The position numbers and the translations under genes are program-made. This document shows positions 61,331 to 64,000 of a stretch of 64,000 nt of DNA, piece after piece (the stretch's first letter is position 1; every line of letters begins with the position of its first letter). This DNA comes from a virus. The stretch spans positions 34,428-98,427 of the IMG/VR virus record IMGVR_UViG_3300047388_000292, one strand, 5' to 3'. The notes beneath the pieces were generated by a model. That model had not been told where the DNA came from. It saw only the letters and a program-made list of their open reading frames with translations, and made no database searches.

Positions 61331-61938
61331 CACCCCTCCTCAACAGGGCCTCGCAGCTCAGCCGCGACACGCTCGCCCTCCTCACGGGACGTGATGCGCC
61401 AGCGAATCCCATCGGCGCAGCCCGCTTTGATCGCCGCCGTGTCATCGGAGATGTAGACCACATCGAGGATCGTGGGTAGCGCGTTCATCGCCCCGCCTCT
61501 CCGGGAACGAGAGCCGTCCAGGGTTCCATATCCTTCTCAACCCGCTCGGACTGCTGCCGGTCGAAAGGACGCGCAAAGTAGGCAGCGTGCTCGTCGCAGA
61601 CTTCGTAGTGGACGGTGTTCTGCTTAGTGCTGAACCATGAGCCCACGTCGAACGCTTGCGTCGCGGGGCGCCTGCACTTCCGATGTGCACATGCTCTCAT
61701 CAAGACGCCTCGCCGGGACTGAAGCGGCGGAACGGGCCGAGCGCTGAAAGGAAATCTCGCACATCAACCCGCGAAAAATCAGTCATCGCCCATCCTCAAC
61801 AGGATCTCGAAGCTCCGCAGCAAGCTCAGCCGCGACACGCTCGCCCTCCTCACGGGACGTGATGCGCCAGCGGATTCCATCGCTGCAACCCGCTTTGATA
61901 GCTGCACGAGCATCGGAGATATAAACCACGTCAAGAAT
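61281..61938. repeat. ~190-bp imperfect direct repeat (61281-61470 vs 61737-61938) covering the primase 5' end and its upstream ORF
   Basis: Near-identical CCGAGCGCTGAAAGGAAATCTCGCACATCAACCCGCGAAAA...; differences are mostly at third codon positions. Confidence 0.9.
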
Positions 61939-63096
61939 TACTGGTCCCACGACTTGCCTGCCTCTCATAGATCAAACACATGTTCGCCCCCTGAGAAATA
62001 GGAGGGTGCCCCACCCAAAAAACTCCCATCCGTGCACAGCTTCCGAGAAACCCCTGCATCTCAGTGCAGCCCGGTGCAGTTGGCTGAGCAGGAAAAACTC
62101 CAGCATCTGCGCAGTTTGCAGCCCCATGCAGCTCTACCAGAGCAGTGCCCCCGGCAGGTCTGATCGACATGAAAGTCTCTGGAAATACAAACAATTCTTC
62201 TTGTGGTTCCCTCCCAAATTCCTCCCATAGCTCTTCTGTATATAGCAACGATCATCGGAGACCCATCGCAAGGTCCAACGCCGACTCGAATTCGTCCACA
62301 TCAAGTCGGCCAGCCAAGTAATGCTCCGTCAACCGCTCAACCGCATCAGGTGCCGAGTAACGTCTCCGGTTCCACTCCGCGGCCAACTGCTGCCAACTGG
62401 CCAGGACCCAGACAACGCAGACGACCATCACAAACACGACTATCTCAATCATCGCCCCGCCTTGTCGGGAACGCTCGCAATCGCCTTCAGCTCATCGAGT
62501 GTGTAGCCAAACCAAAGATCCACGCCACGATCAACGCAGTGATGCGGCCAAGGCCCCTCAACATGCCAGCCACGGATTTCCCATCGGCCATCGGAATGTC
62601 GAAGCACAAGCCCGGAACTAATAACCGTGTTCGGAGGATCGTCGGGCCGATGAAGGCCCTCGGGACGCGGAACTGTGTGCGGAAGAGTCATCGCCCCGCC
62701 TCGCCGGGAACGCTCGGGGAAGGGCGAAGAGTCCGAAACCCGTTCACACTGAGCCTCCCGGCGTCGCAGTTCGGATTCCAGCAGTAGCCCGCCCAGAGCC
62801 CGAGCGGACTACCGTAGACGACCGAGTAGGGGGCGAACCTCAGCCACCATCGGCACTTGGGACAACGGGCCCCGCTCATCGCCCCGCCTCGCCGGAAACA
62901 ACCTTCGGTGACCAGCTCATCGCAGCCACCCAAAGACTCGCCCGACCACCCGCTCAATCCGCGATGGTCGCCGTATATACGCCGTGCCGCCACGCACGAG
63001 CCAGACATAGAAGCAACCGCGCGTCCCGCTGATGACAATCCGATACTCGCGAGACGCCGCCGGAAGCGGCACGCTCGTGCTAAGCGAATTCCTCAT
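61330..63096 (-). other. Array of mini-ORFs joined by a repeated stop/start junction
   Basis: ORFs 62917-63096, 62876-62920, 62688-62879, 62449-62691, 62252-62452, 62061-62255, 61783-61968, 61700-61786, 61485-61703 and 61330-61488. Confidence 0.7.
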
Positions 63097-64000
63097 CGCC
63101 CCGCCTCGCCAAGCACATCTAGTTCCACCTGCTCTACTACCTCGGGCTGCTCGAATGCCGCCCGGATCCGATCTCGAGAACGATCCTTGTAGAGATGAAT
63201 ATAGACCCGCTGACAGACTTCCTCGGAGTTCCCTAGTTGCTCAGCAATGTCTCGGGCCGTCATCCCTCGATCAGCCAACAACGACCCGCAATAGTGACGG
63301 AGCTCATAGAAGTCAAGATGATCTTGTGGATCTTCCTCAAGCCTCTTCGGCAACCAGTGAGTCTTGGGAAGCTCACGCTCGAACGCATCGCGGACAGGGC
63401 GCCAGTAGTAGCCCCAAGATCCTTTCGAAAATGACTTCCCCGTCGGCGTCGTGAAGAGCCACTCAACATGCTGCACCGGCATCGATCGAATCGCATCGGC
63501 AGCCTGCGTCGGCATCACGATCAATCGCTTGCGCTTGGTCTTGGGAAGCTTGAGCCCATCCTTCCGGAGCTGACGCTCAACGTTGACGGTGCCGGCGGCG
63601 AAGTCGAGATCATCATGACGCATCCCGGCGAGCTCTCCCGGCCGGCATCCAGTCCAAGCGGCAAACAGGATCATCGCCCTGAATGTGGACCCGAAGAGCA
63701 CACCGTGAACCTCGACTGAAATATCCCCTAAACGCCGTACCTCGACCTCCGTGAGAGGCGTAATGTCCTGTCTTCCTTTCCCCTCATGGACGAGCATCGC
63801 AAACGGGTTGCCAGCACGATAGCCCTCCATGTAGCGGATCGCGTCGTTGTACATCGCACTGACGGTCTTAGCGACATGGGGTCGATACTCCGCAACTCTT
63901 CGAGCCTCAGCCTTCATGATCCGATCTGGCCTACGATCGCCAAACTCCTCGAGAAACAGACGTAAGTTCGCTGCGTGATAGTCGCACGTAGTCTGCTCTG
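63093..64000 (-). CDS. Tyrosine recombinase/integrase (5' end outside the window)
   Basis: TGCRPGEL, PKT, YELRH, LGN and VY motifs. The reading frame stays open past 63917 to the window edge. Confidence 0.9.
   Translation of the reverse strand, partial: EQTTCDYHAANLRLFLEEFGDRRPDRIMKAEARRVAEYRPHVAKTVSAMYNDAIRYMEGYRAGNPFAMLVHEGKGRQDITPLTEVEVRRLGDISVEVHGVLFGSTFRAMILFAAWTGCRPGELAGMRHDDLDFAAGTVNVERQLRKDGLKLPKTKRKRLIVMPTQAADAIRSMPVQHVEWLFTTPTGKSFSKGSWGYYWRPVRDAFERELPKTHWLPKRLEEDPQDHLDFYELRHYCGSLLADRGMTARDIAEQLGNSEEVCQRVYIHLYKDRSRDRIRAAFEQPEVVEQVELDVLGEAGR

Noticed and set aside
61281-61938. Imperfect repeat as a DGR template/variable repeat pair
   Set aside because: Mismatches are mostly synonymous C/T and other third-position changes, not adenine-specific, and no reverse transcriptase is in the window.
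61485-63116. Junction repeats as a CRISPR array
   Set aside because: Spacing is irregular (~190-750 bp) and the intervals are coupled ORFs.

Overview
A 64 kb slice of a large tailed dsDNA phage (Caudoviricetes). It probably infects Actinomycetota, possibly Solirubrobacterales/Thermoleophilia, inferred from a host-like secreted protein and leaderless sigma-A-type promoters. Minus strand 64000->32700: tyrosine recombinase, a train of tiny ORFs, primase, SSB, NMAD1-like protein, ThyX, dCTP deaminase, DnaE, RecA, Cas4/AddB-like nuclease, EndoVII, TerS/TerL, intein-containing portal-MuF fusion, HTH-NrdJ C-terminal fusion, GH25 lysin, holin, C1 peptidase, resolvase. Plus strand 21000->32671: about 40 small early-type ORFs, a glycosyltransferase-like gene, an FtsK motor and a patatin. 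Minus strand 20100->150: small regulators, homing endonucleases, protease/scaffold, decoration protein, major capsid and virion/fibre genes. The most striking unexplained structures are: (1) three directly repeated dif-like sites (GCTCGATAA-spacer-TTACG) bracketing single-gene cassettes just downstream of the phage ftsK; (2) an array of mini-genes behind the tyrosine recombinase, joined by a conserved ~24-nt junction encoding 'PGEAGR*'; (3) insertions that duplicate and recode the termini of dnaE, recA and primase, plus a +1 frameshift in the dnaE start; (4) a multi-hairpin, pseudoknotted candidate ncRNA at ~34135-34261; (5) a recurrent GTAGGAC motif around promoters. All calls come from reading the sequence by eye; no database searches were run.
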